Below, piece by piece: positions 40,336 through 52,734 of a stretch of 64,000 bases of DNA; position 1 is the stretch's first letter; each line of letters begins with the position of its first letter. The position numbers were made by a program, and so were the translations under genes. A model generated the notes under the pieces. The model made no database searches. It saw only the letters and a list, made by a program, of their open reading frames with translations, and was not told the origin of the DNA. This stretch comes from Octopus vulgaris (Eukaryota): positions 65,410,001 to 65,474,000 of the forward strand of contig OX597818.1 in assembly GCA_951406725.2 (NCBI GenBank). Direction: 5' to 3'.

Positions 40336-41929
40336 AAAACTAATAAATGTGTAAATTTTGCTAACATCATGAGCTTCAGAACACAATGTAGAGCGTTAAA
40401 ACATGTCTGGACTTGTGTCAACTACAATCTAAATGACTGTACGCAGAATTCCTTTTGGCCTATCTTCTGCTGCACACCTTCTTTAAAGAAACACGGAGAA
40501 TGAGGTACATGTGTGAGATATGGAACTTTGTGACAGAAGGTGGATATTTAGTGGAACAGATTTATTAAAAAGTGGAGCAACATACCGATTGTGAAGCAGA
40601 ATATAACTAGTAACAGTTCAAGTACCACGACTCTAACGTTTGATATCGAAGCTTAATAGCACAGACATTTTTATAATGGATATTACACTTGCTGTGCTAT
40701 ATGAGCACAATTTTCCTAAATTCTGGAGTGCAAATGTCACACTTTTTATTGGTTTTGTTTATTCTCTGAACACTTACAATCTATTTTCTAAGAGAAATAT
40801 TATGGGAAACGGTGAAGTTCATGTATTTATCAAATTCGTTAATGCTATCAAAGAAATCGAGTTACCTCCAACAGGTAACAAAACTGCGTGACGTTCTCGG
40901 ATTTCCTGAAATATTCTCGCCTGTCTAGCATATCTACAAATTCAGCAAATAATATATTGGCATAAATTATAATTGTGGCATTTCATTATCACGCACACAA
41001 TTCTCTACACTGCAGAGGAAAGAGAATTACATATTAAATGCTCATTACTGTTATTGGTTTTTAAGCAGAATTACTCGTAATTGGAAGACATCACGCATTG
41101 AGTTGCCATTCGCCTATATGACATTACTATAGTATGTAAATAAAAAAAACAACAACATTAGTCAGCAATTTCAGTAGATAGTACTTCACATTAGAGACGC
41201 AGATACTGAAAGAGAATACTGTACTAGGTAACTGTATGTATATTTGAACAATCATTCCTTCCAAATATCGAATATCTTTATATGTCAGGAAAAAACTGTA
41301 TCATTTTCTACATGAAACAGGCTCCATTTTAAGCGTTTGTAAAAGGGGCAAGAAAAGAAATCTGATTAAAAGATATTTTCTGAAATGGGATGGATACAAT
41401 AGGATCATTACAAAGAAAGAGGATGCTCGTAAAGTGAAACAAATTCAGTGAGAATACAAGATGAATACGTAATTTGATTCAGAATATTTAATAATAACAA
41501 CAGACGTAAAACCAATCGTCAAAGAAAAACTAATGAAGCTCGTAACTAACTTAATTAAAACTTAGTTGGACAACAACACGATCATTGTGTACACATTTTA
41601 TATTTTACAGTGTACCATATCAAATATAACAAGAACTCCGGCATATATCCCCGAAGGGGACAATTTTATCAAATATGTGTTACATTTCTGTTGTGATAAT
41701 ACAATTCTAGATCTCATTAATGGGAGTTTAGTTTTATATATATATTCCTTTCCGAACAGTAAATGTATGTGGAAATATTTTATGGATATTTTTCGGCTAA
41801 AAACTGAATTTATCTAACTAAAAACGTAAAATATTTTCCACGGCATTGCGGAAATTGTCTTTTTTGTTATCAAATTCAAACACAAGTGTGGCTATAGGTA
41901 GATGTGTGCATACACGTACGCAGACATAC

Positions 41930-42100
41930 GTCTTCCTTTTCTCTTGGAATCTCCTCCGTCTCCTGTTTCTCACGAAGAGATTTGCTCGAATCGTAAAACC
42001 ACCTTTCTCTCCTTCCTCGAGCGTCTGCCAATAATTTGCCTGTACCATGTCCTAGCGTTGTTGCTTTTTTCTTGTGTTCCTTTATTTTTGAAATTACCGT
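41930..42100 (+). mobile_element. Penelope-like terminus with decayed hammerhead (41965-41999); 3' end at (TA)n
   Basis: gttt-CTCACGA-agag atttg ctc-GAATC GT A-aaac, same architecture as 63422-63459 with two core mutations. Confidence 0.5.
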
Positions 42101-42128
42101 ATGTATATATATATATATATATATATAT

Positions 42129-44144
42129 ACGATGCGATGGGTAAATTGTTGCCATCTTATATCTTATATTTTGAATTTTACGCTTGCGCACTTTCGGTTT
42201 TGATTTTGTCGACTGCACAGTGTAGTAGGTCAGTTGGATGCCGTGTGTGAGAAAAACAGTACCATGACGCAATGAACTCTGCCAGAAATTTTGAAACGAC
42301 ATGCTGTACAACTTAGCATTTGTGCTGGAAGCTTTAATACGAACATTTCTGCGTGGTTGCGTGTGCATAGGATTCGGAAAGAGTTGGGAGAGTCTAATGG
42401 TGATTACGAATGTACGGCAGCTTGGAAAACCCACTCTGATCGTTCTGACGAGAAACAAAAAAATCCTGAAAATGCTGGTGAAATCAGGGTCATGATTGAC
42501 AACGATCCCTCCAACTAAATTAGGTCAATCGCCAAGGGCATGGGAGTGTCTGATTATATTATTCCTCATACAAGATGAGAAAGGACCGATTTTTATCCAA
42601 AGTTATAAAGGACAAGAGGAAAGAGAGCTCTACGAAGCTTTTAAGAAGCGCAAGCATCCCCTCCAACCAAACATGCTTTGGTTTTTCTGAGACGAGAAAA
42701 ATATCTTCCCGGATTAGATGGTGAGCACACAGAACACTCGTTGGTTTGTCGTGTCCAAAAATGCACTGCCAGTGAAACAAATGCAGCATCCAGTCAACAA
42801 CATGGTGTTTGGTGTGATCATTAGTGATGGGCCCCCATTTCTCTTCACACTCGGAATCAGACTCAACTCGGAGGCGGCTACATTTAGTTCCTGGATGAGT
42901 AGTTCTGCACTGGATTAAGACAATGCCTTCTAGAAGACCGTATATCTGGCAACAAGACTCTGCACAATGCTACACTAGCAGGGGAATCTCTGTCATGGCT
43001 ATCAGACAATTTCTGTGACCACATCACCCTTAAACTTTGGCCACCTAACTCTCCAGACCGCAACTCCCTTTATTATTATGCGTGAGGCGTGGTTGAGCGA
43101 AAAGCCCACAAAACTCTTTGTAACACCAAATACGAACGGAAGGCAAAGATTATGGCAGCATTCAGCAACTTAAACAAAGAGACCGTCAAGAACATTTGCA
43201 GGAGATTTCAATGTCGTTTGGAGGCCAAGGTTGAAGACACAAGCGATTTATTGAATAAAGTTAATCTTTAATATTTCAATGTATTTTTATGTAATTTTGG
43301 TAAATACTTTGTATGATTAGTATACGAGCTGCCAGAATGGTAACGAAGTTAAACCATAACGAGTGTAGCCGCTTGGCACGTATCGAAATTGAACTCTGTT
43401 AGGCATGAACACTAAGGTTTAATGTTCTACTGCACTTCTGCTGTTTACAGCAGTGATTGGAAAGAACACGTGTAGCGTGTTATTATCGCTTTGACCTTGA
43501 CAGAGATACTTGAGCAGAGAATCCTCATGAAATGTTGCAAATAGCTTGGCGGTACCTCATCAGAGGCCTTCAGAAATTTTCATTGTTTTCGACACTATCA
43601 AGGAGATATTGTGCAACTAACACCCGAGTGTCTTTTCGGTCAGCTGATAGCAGTGTTGACACAAACATAAAAGAACGCGTCTCATGTAATGGACTGAAAT
43701 GAAACGTAAGTCATCTGCGCATACTCTGATATCTCACGGCTGGTGATTCGACGATTTCCTCTCAAAACTGCACGCAAATCAGCAATGTTTTTCTCAGTTC
43801 TACTCGTTGTGAGTCTCCCAGACCGTTCGTGAATGTTGACATTGTGTCGTCCATCTTGGAACGGGCTGAACCACTCGTACACCTGGGTGCGTCTCATCAC
43901 GCTCTGCACACGTTCCTTCTAAATACTGCTGTAAACAGTGAGCTAGTGCGTTATACTTACTGTGTATATACAGCAGTGTCCAATGCATATATTAGCCCGG
44001 CAGCTTCATTCAATGCGCTTTAACATTGTTACTATGGCAACAGCCTGGATAATTATTGATCATACCTCGTTTATCTGTTAGAATGAGATGTCAGTGTTGT
44101 TTTCATTCTTGCGTAAATTAGACAACAATATAATCATCGCAACC
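42129..44144 (+). mobile_element. maT (DD37D) Tc1/mariner-superfamily transposon, decayed, with nested insertion
   Basis: WFF*DEK, QNTRW, MVFGVIISDG, PYIWQQDSA, WPPNSPDRNSL(Y); 37 residues between the 2nd and (mutated) 3rd D allowing one frameshift; degenerate TIRs gatgcgatgggtaaattgttg / caacaatataatcatcgcaac. Confidence 0.85.
43323..44070. mobile_element. Mariner derivative made of two inward-facing 5' portions
   Basis: Plus: EQRILMKCCK*LGGTSSEAF (~43510-43570). Minus: MRRTQVYEWFSPFQDGR..RSGRLTTSRTEKNI..NRRITSREI (43682-43909). Both ends start (t)acgag and share ctgtttacagcagt. Confidence 0.75.
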
Positions 44145-44368
44145 TACATATATATATATAATTATAATAAAGGGTTTTTTGCAACAAGTTGCTTAAACCA
44201 CATACCGAAAATATTAGAAATAGCAGTCAAAGGGCTACTATAACTATTACTACAAAAATAAGTCTCCACAAACAACAGTATTTGTAACTCATATATGGTA
44301 AAAAGAAGGAAGACAATGAAATCACACAGTCTACTTGGATCAATTATACGTACATATATATATATATA

Positions 44369-44630
44369 TAACGGGAAGCTTTATGAAAATAGACAAAAGA
44401 CGAAGGCAGGTGGAAAACAAACGAACAATTGTATTAGTATGGCGCTCAGGAAATATAAATAAAACAAGTCTTTAACGTTTCGAGCCTACGCTCTTCAACA
44501 GAAAGATACACAGAGAGAAAAAAAACACAGAAAGAAGGAGAGAAAAAAAATGCGTGCAGTAGCTAACGAATCAACATGGCGATCTGATTTCGGCCAGAGG
44601 TCAAAGATCAAACATGAGACGCGAGAGCGA
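44369..44630 (-). mobile_element. Penelope-like terminus, 3' end at (TA)n (same family as 63346-63560)
   Basis: Reverse-complement homology to 63346-63560; hammerhead-like motif. Confidence 0.75.
44469..44506 (-). ncRNA. Minimal hammerhead-like motif with variant core CUGUUGA
   Basis: tcttt-CTGTTGA-a gagc gtag gctc-GAAAC GT T-aaaga. Confidence 0.55.
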
Positions 44631-44640
44631 AATAAGGCGA

Positions 44641-45005
44641 GATAATAGGGTTGATAATAGGGTTGATAATAGGGTTGAAGGACCAGCTAATAGTGCGTAG
44701 GAGGGGTCTGGACGTATGTATGTATAGGGTTGGTGTATGTATTAGTATGTATAAGGGTGTGTGTGTGTGTGTGTGTGTATGAGAGAGTATTAGTGCGTAG
44801 GATTGGTCTGGACGTGCGTATGTATGGGGTTGGTGTATGTATTAGTATGTATTAGTATGTATAAGTGTGTGTGTGTGTGTATGAGAGAGTATAAGTGCGT
44901 ATGAGGGGTCTGGACGTGTGTATGTATAGGGTTGGTGTATGTATTAGTATGTATTAGTATGTATTAGTACGTATTAGTATGTATTAGTTGGTGTATGTAT
45001 TAGTA
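44641..45005. repeat. Minisatellites: (gataatagggtt)x3, then ~3 copies of a ~100-bp unit
   Basis: Recurring agtgcgta..ggtctggacgt..gggttggtgtatgtattagtatg units. Confidence 0.85.
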
Positions 45006-45094
45006 TGGCACATCATATATGATGTGATGTGTAAAGTCGTGTGGTGTAGTGAGGAGAAGAGGGGGAGGGGGAGAAGAGGGGGAGGGGAGGAGAA

Positions 45095-45377
45095 ATAATA
45101 AATATTAGGGAATGAATCCAAAATTACAGGGAAAAATCAGATTTAGGGTTAAATCCAATTTTATAGTAAAATATTATATAATATAATTCGAGACAAAACC
45201 ACTATTTTAAAACCAAACAAGGAAAGACTTAATCAATACATAACATTTTAATATAAATTAAATAAACCGCCACTACAAATGTTTCATGTCTGCTACCGAC
45301 AATCTTCAGGTGGATTTTCGATCTTCTAATCAGTATCAAATTTTGTTTGGTTTTAAAATAGTGGTTTTGTCTCGAAT

Positions 45378-45388
<11 letters not shown>
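45095..45388 (-). mobile_element. Penelope-like terminus with hammerhead and ~45-bp inverted arms
   Basis: Arms 45176-45220 and 45343-45388 are reverse complements; followed by (TA)n. Confidence 0.7.
45270..45313 (-). ncRNA. Type-I minimal hammerhead ribozyme, canonical core
   Basis: ccac-CTGAAGA-t tgtc ggtagca gaca t-GAAAC attt GT A-gtgg. Confidence 0.75.
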
Positions 45389-45422
<34 letters not shown>

Positions 45423-45979
45423 TATACATGAGTGTGTGTGTATGTCTATGTATGTGTGTGTGTGTACACACACGTAAGAACATGCGAATATAAAGGTAGA
45501 CATTATGAATCTTCTATCCTTAAGCATTTCTTACAGATATTTTACAAACCACAATAAAATAGATGATTATCAGTGATGATGTCAATGTCACACAGAATCT
45601 CAGTGGCATAAATATATACAGCGACATTGAGATAGAAATAAATCTGGTTTGGTGGAATACTTAGAAACAATGAACATTCTTGCGGGATTTGACTGTAAGG
45701 ATTATTTCTATGGTATAGATGAAAATGTGCTCCTATTTACTTGTAATAGACTGTATGGACGCAATAGCGAAAAATATAATATCAGATTGAGTTAAATCTT
45801 GTACGAAACGAGGCATTGCAACAATGGTGTTTTCTTCTCCAATAACACAGTTACTTCAGTTTAACTCAATTTTGTAATACTTTACAGTTCGACAGCACAA
45901 ATAGTTATATTTTTGTGGCTTTGGAGTGCATCATCCTTTTTTTGCAGATATGCGTGCATAATATTTTCAATATTTGAGG

Positions 45980-46360
45980 CTAGCACGCTGGGAGAAATGC
46001 TTAGTAGTATTTCGTCTGCCGCGACGTTCTGAGTTCAAATTCCGCCGAGGTTGAATATGCCGTTCATCCTTTCGGGGTCGATTAAATAAGTACCAGTTAC
46101 GCACTGGGGTTGATATAATCGACTTAATCCATTTGTCTGTCCTTGTTTGTCCTCTCTGTGTTTATCTCCTTGTGGGTAGTAAAGAAATAGGTATTTCGTC
46201 TGTCTATACTTTCTAAGTTAAAATTCCGCCGAGGTTGATCTTGCCTTTCACCCCTTCGGGGTCGATAAATTAAGTGCCAGTTGCGTACTGGGGTCGATCT
46301 AACCGACTGGCCACACTCCTCGAAAGTTTATGGCCTTGGGCCTACCTTAGAAAAAGGATA
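45980..46360 (+). mobile_element. Dimeric SINE family B (Nin/Deu-domain-like body)
   Basis: Two tandem copies of gtatttcgtct..aaattccgccgagg..tcatcctttcggggtcgat..aagt.ccagtt. Confidence 0.85.
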
Positions 46361-47059
46361 TTGGAAGCTTTATTTAATACCAAGACAAAAGCAAAAAAAT
46401 TGCTTTATGAGACTTAGTAAATAAATACAGAAATGTTGAAAAAAAAGCTTTAAAAAATACGGGGATTTTAACTCACAGCTTTCAATTATTAAAAATTCAT
46501 AATTGGAATGATTAAATAAAAAGGAATATAAATTATTTATGGAATTTTGATTTATTGTCAGGTGACTTTCGGCCAACGCTGTATATAAACAAGTAACGTA
46601 AATTAGTTTCTATAAGTTTAGCTTTTTTCAATGTTGTTTTTCCTTAGATTTTTGCGGACAAGCAAAATCAATAGAAGGTGCTCAGGTCACTTGACAATAA
46701 ACTGATTTGAAAAAGGTCTTGTACGATGATAATTTATATTAACTTATATCTTTTAGTATCTTTTAAGCTACCCTTATAGAAAGTATATGAAAATTTATTG
46801 AAAACCATTCATCAGCAAGCTTGATTATATCCTGAATTTAGAAGAAAAGAAATGGTCAATAAATTTCGCTTTATTTGCTTGGAAACTTTCGTGTCATCGA
46901 TGGTACTAATTGCTTCCTTTGTGTAGAATAGACTTGAGATAGTTCATTATACACAGCAGCTATTTCTGTTAATGTCCAGAACATATATAATTAAATTATA
47001 AAATATCATATATATTTATGTCTAACCGTCCAAACACTCGCACGCACGCACGCGCGCAT

Positions 47060-47207
47060 ATATCATATATGTTTATGGATGGGATGCAATGTGTATATAT
47101 GTGTGTGTATGTATGTATAAAGATATTTGTATATATATATATGTATATGTATATGTATATACGTATAAATATATACATATTTGTGTACATATAGATAGTG
47201 TGTGTGT

Positions 47208-47273
<66 letters not shown>

Positions 47274-47415
47274 TATATACATATATATGTATATATGTTT
47301 ATATATATCCATATATATATGCTTACATATACATGTATATATTCATATCTATGTATATATGTATATATATATATACGTGTGCTTATATGTATAGATATAT
47401 ATGTATATATGCATT

Positions 47416-47489
<74 letters not shown>

Positions 47490-47545
47490 TACATATATAC
47501 ATATACATATATATATATACACATATATACATACATATATATATT
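47060..47545. repeat. Long compound (TA)n microsatellite
   Basis: Directly visible. Confidence 0.95.
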
Positions 47546-48482
47546 AATGTAACTATTTCTAAATATGAATAGATATGAATTTATATATGTGTGCGTACGT
47601 GTCTGTATGTGTGCACACGTGTGTATATGCGGGTTTATCGTAACAATATGATGATATTCGTCTATCTTTATTGCTAAATACTGTTCTATCTCCTCCAGTT
47701 AGTAATTGACACAATCTCTTATGAATTCTGAGACTTATCAGCCGACAGTTATTTTCTAATTACACAATTCATATTTATTCGTATTTTCGATGGTGAGTTA
47801 TTAATGAGTTCCAGTTTTAGAAACAGCGCCATTTTGGTGATATATTGGACAACAGCGAATCGTCCGACAGTTTGATATTGCTTAATAATTGTGTAGATAT
47901 CTGTCATTAATATTCCTACAAATCGATAATATTTGTGTGAGTATTTGCGCATGTTTGTACGCTGAAATCTGTGTCTTTGAGTATGCGTTGGTGTGTAAGT
48001 GTTTCACCGCATGCACATTTTTGAATTTATATTTGTCATCATTTAAATATTGCTGGTGAAACCCGGCACACACCTTATAATGAAGCTTCTCAATATAACG
48101 AAAGCTGTAATATGATTCAAGTTTTTCATTTAAATAAAAGCAGTATTGTTAGATTTCTATACACGATCGCAAGACATGCGCCGTATTCTAAATGCCTTCT
48201 CTTGTTATATGAAACCTTTCAACATTTCAGCTGTTAATTTGATTGTAGGAATTTATTAATCGCTATAATACAAATGTATTTATATTTTATATAGAAAAGG
48301 TTCTGCTGCACGGTAAAATTATTGAACAATGTAGTATTATATATACTTGTTACAAAATACCCTCACACTATGAATTGACGATGAGTCACTCAAGTTCATT
48401 ACCTATATTATAAGGTAAACGATCTATCCTCAATTGCATGCTGTGCCGAAGAGACAGAAGAATTTATATATATATATATGTG

Positions 48483-49010
48483 TGAATTTTTTGCGTAATG
48501 AGATAATAGATGAGTGGCTGTGTGGTAAGTAGCTTGCTAACCAACCACATGGTTCCGGGTTCAGTCCCACTGCGTGGCATCTTGGGCAAGTGTCTTCTGC
48601 TATAGCCCCGGGCCGACCAATGCCTTGTGAGTGGATTTGGTAGACGGAAACTGAAAGAAGCCTGTCGTATATATGTATATATATATGTGTGTGTGTGTGT
48701 GTTTGTGTGTCTGTGTTTGTCTCCCTAGAATTGCTTGACAACCGATGCTGGTGTGTTTACGTCCCCGTCACTTAGCGGTTCGGCAAAAGAGCCCGATAGA
48801 ATAAGTACTGGGCTTACAAAGAATAAGTCCCGGGGTCGATTTACTCGACTAAAGGCGGTGCTCCAGCATGGCCGCAGTCAAAATGACTGAAACAAGTAAA
48901 AGAGTAAAGAGTAAAGAGTATAGATATTAGAGCATTTATAGATAGAATGTCTTACAGATGTTTCTAGAATATTAATTAATAATATCCCTTAATCGGAGAC
49001 GGTGGGAGAG
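48483..49010 (-). mobile_element. Second copy of the 13642 Penelope-like terminus, split by a SINE; hammerhead decayed (CCGATTA, 48949-49000)
   Basis: gaattttttgcgtaatgagata...atagatattagagca..gtcttacagatgtttctag..tcggagac. Confidence 0.75.
48512..48919 (+). mobile_element. Near full-length SINE family A with apparent 6-bp TSD ATAGAT
   Basis: atagat|gagtggctgtgtggtaag...gtaaagagt|atagat. Confidence 0.92.
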
Positions 49011-49248
49011 GAAAAATTAAGTCATCGTTAGACGGTGTGTATATGTATATATACACACAGCGTGAAAACATATTTTTTCTGACTGAGAAGATAGAACTAA
49101 ACGTTGGGTCATGTTATAACCACATAGTGGTTAGATGACGTTTAGTACTATGCTGTCACACTCTTTCTCTTTCCTCTGTATACACACACACACGAACACA
49201 CACATATATGTATATATCGTATATATATATATATGTGCTTATGTATTT

Positions 49249-49287
<39 letters not shown>

Positions 49288-49568
49288 CATATATATATAT
49301 ATATATACATATATATGTGTAGCAGAAATATGTTACGAAAAGAAAATATAAAATGCACGTGGAATGTAAGGGTAAAATATGAAAAATCAACGAAGATGCA
49401 CCTTGCAAATAGAAAAATGCTATTTATGACAGGTAACGACATATATATACATTTAGATTGACTGAGATAGTAATATGAGTCATAAAATTCCTTATTATGA
49501 GATGATTATTAGATGATAATCAAGTAAGAGAATAAAACGAACCATGGTTTCCGCAAAGCTTATTCATC

Positions 49569-49647
<79 letters not shown>

Positions 49648-49674
49648 TATACATGCTAAAAGAGGGTATTATAT

Positions 49675-51150
49675 GTTAATATGCCCTGTCCCCAAAAGAG
49701 GGAGCAGAGCAGATGCTACAAACTACAGACACATCTCTCTGACTTCACATGTTAGCAAGACAATGGAACGCATTGTCAAAAATTGGTTGATCACGTTCCT
49801 AGAAGAAAAGAACCTTCTCATAAACGCGCAACATATCTTCCATCCGGGGAGGAGATTCTGTCTCACACAGTTGCTACAGCACTTTAACTGGGTATTGAAG
49901 CAACAACTAAACCAGTCAACTGTACCGTGCGTGATATACCTCTACTTTGCCAAGGCCTTCAACAAGGTTGATCATGACATGGTATGACACAAGCTGCAAA
50001 ACCTTGGTATTGCTGGGAAGTTGGGAGAGTGGCTGCAGGATTCTCTGAAGAGCAGGAGTCAGACAGTTGTAGTCAATGACGCTAACTCTGAAGAGACACC
50101 GATTCTTAGCGAAGTTCTACAGAGATCTCTATTGGGGCCACTACTATTTGTGGTGGCCCCCCTCAGACATGCCCTTCGCTGTACAGTCAGGCAATCTGAC
50201 CAGTTATTTTGACGACAAAAAGTTATCGCAGGCACTTAGGAACCCAGAGGACATTATAAATCTGCAGAAATACATGAATGAAGTCTATAAAGGGGCTAAC
50301 AAAAATAACAAGCAATTCAATGCCATGAAATTTCGAGTACTCCACTAGCGGTCCAACACTAGGCTTAAATCGGAATACACTGGACCAGAATGTAATACGA
50401 TGCTTGACCTGGGGGTTCACATAAGCATTAATGCAACATATAATGTACATATTACCAAGATGGCAATACTGTGCAAGCGAGTGGCTGGCTGGATTCTGAG
50501 GACATTCAGAATTAAGAAATGGAAAGCCCTGCTACCCATATGGAAGATTTTCGTTCTCAACCGCTTGGGATACTGCTCCCAACTATGGTCACCAGAGTTG
50601 TGAAACAATCTGTGGAACTCGAAGCAATTCAGTGCCAATACGCAAAGAAGATTGACACGATGCAAAAATTGGGCTACTGGGAGGGGCTAAAGAAGCAGAG
50701 CTCTATTCCCTGGGAATAAGATGCGAGAGATATGCGGTGATATATATTTGGAAGATCTAGGAATGTTTAGCTCGCAATTTTGGAATTGACAACGATACCA
50801 ATCCTCGAACTGGACGGTACCGCGTTATATCAAAAATCCCGTCTCCCTATCTAATATGAGTACACAGTACTGCAATAGTCTTGGTTTAAAGGGCCCGCAA
50901 TTGTTCAAGATCCTTCCAGGCAACTTTAGAGATCTACATGGAATTGATGTGGATGTTTTCAAGGAACATCTGGACAGGTTTCTTTCTGAGATACCAGATG
51001 AATCCACACTGCGGCAGGAGACTCAAAGAAGAACAGCTACATCCAACTCGCTACTTCACCAACAACAACCCCGGAAACAACACCGAGTAACTACACATGG
51101 TACACCAGCATGCACTCAGTCCTGGCCTGAAGCCAATAAAAGGTAAAAGA
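49675..51150 (+). mobile_element. CR1-group LINE ORF2 (RT plus C-terminus), frameshifted
   Basis: ICPVPKRGSRADATNYRHISLTSHVSKTMERIV..CLTQLL..YLYFAKAFNKVDH, LLGPLLF, YFDDKK, DLGV, WILRTF..YCSQLWSP, YCNSLGLKGPQLF. Confidence 0.92.
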
Positions 51151-51204
51151 TAAACGATAAAATATATTTATATACACGTAACTATGTAAATATGTATAAC
51201 TTTC

Positions 51205-51530
51205 ATCTTCTTATTGCTCCTTTCAGCCAGTCAGGTGCAGCCGTGTCAAGGCACGGCCTCAAAAGAGTACACATTTTTAAAGGTCTGGTTACTATTCTAT
51301 CGGTCTCTTTTTTGCGACATGCAAAGATTTGAACGTACATAGTGGTTATACACTGACATAAAAACACACCTACACATACATCCATATAGCCGTATTTTTA
51401 TATGACGGGTTTCCTTCAGTTTCCGTTTACCAAATCAAATGAGGAGGCTGCAGTCGGCCTGAGTCTATAGTAGAAGACACTGGTCCGAGGTGCCAGGCAC
51501 GATCACTGAACTCGGTATCATATCCTTGGG
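51205..51530 (-). mobile_element. SINE family A, diverged
   Basis: attctatcggtctctttt, cagtttccgtttaccaaatc, ctatagtagaagacac. Confidence 0.75.
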
Positions 51531-52190
51531 AAGAACTACAATAGAACATATTACAAATATTTCATTTACTGCAAAACATTGATTGCTTCCTTTATAACGT
51601 TATTATAACTTTCCATCTTTTCTCTCAGGAATGCAAACAATTACAAAACTTCATTAATTATTCTATGAAAAATTCATTATTATTGCTTTCCTGAAACAAT
51701 ACAAAAATATTATTAGCAGATGCATTAACGTAATATAGAACGTTGCTCTATTATTTATCTAACTGTTCAACGGCCCATATGTCTTATAGATACCTTCCTA
51801 CAAACCAACAAAATTACACACCTATATCAATTAAATACTGCATACAAACATGCACAGACATACACACACACATACATGCACACACTGCTAGTCACGGAGA
51901 AAACACCTCAACGCTCTCTCCTTCTCTCTCTCACACACATAAATATATATGCAGAAGTATATCTATGTGTGCGTACATATATGTATATGTGTGGGTATGA
52001 CTACATGTGGTGTACATATATATTATATATATATGTATATACATACATATATAAATATATATGTATGGATATATATATATTCATATACATATGGATATAT
52101 ATATACATATATGGATATATATATGTATGTATGTATATATGTATGTATGTATGTATGCATTTATGTATGTATGTATGTATGTGTGTATTC

Positions 52191-52730
52191 GAGTGCTACT
52201 GGTAACATGTAACCCAGTACAACCTGTTGCATGGTCGGGTCGTCGGCGACTAAACCGGCAACCCCACCAAGCTTGCTTGATGAGGAGGATGTTTATTGGA
52301 CGCCCTGCAGGATGAAAAACAAAACTCGTCAAAGGGTGGACGAACACTTGAGAGTCAACGGCCATCCAATAAATGTCTTAAGGATGTATCATGCGCAGAG
52401 ACATAGAAATAATCGGACAGAATACCCGATCGCGCGGTTAAACCATTGGGAGTGAAGGACCCCTAGCCTTTGTTAGGGCATCCTTCTAGGAGAAGATAAG
52501 TCAGGTAATTGAGACAACTCCGATATAAAACCTGCGGCTCAGTGGTTACCGATGATGTTGACTTGTTCTTCTTTTCGGATTATGACTGCTGTTGCTTACT
52601 GAGTGGGATTGACTCAATGCACAGCCTTTCCTCACTTTAAAAAAAGTCTTCTTGCACAGGAATTGCACGATAACAAAATTGATTAAGCTTCGTGCAATGG
52701 CCATACTCGATAACAAGGGGGCTGCCTCCA
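52191..52730 (+). mobile_element. ~540-bp non-coding dispersed repeat (copy 2)
   Basis: Collinear with 4129-4649 and ends at the same point (ggggg.agcc.cca-like). Confidence 0.65.
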
Positions 52731-52734
52731 TGTG

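Noticed and set aside
40410-40600. RRIPFGLSSAA resembling a Gypsy RT motif
   Set aside because: A single short motif; neighbouring RT motifs are not recoverable.
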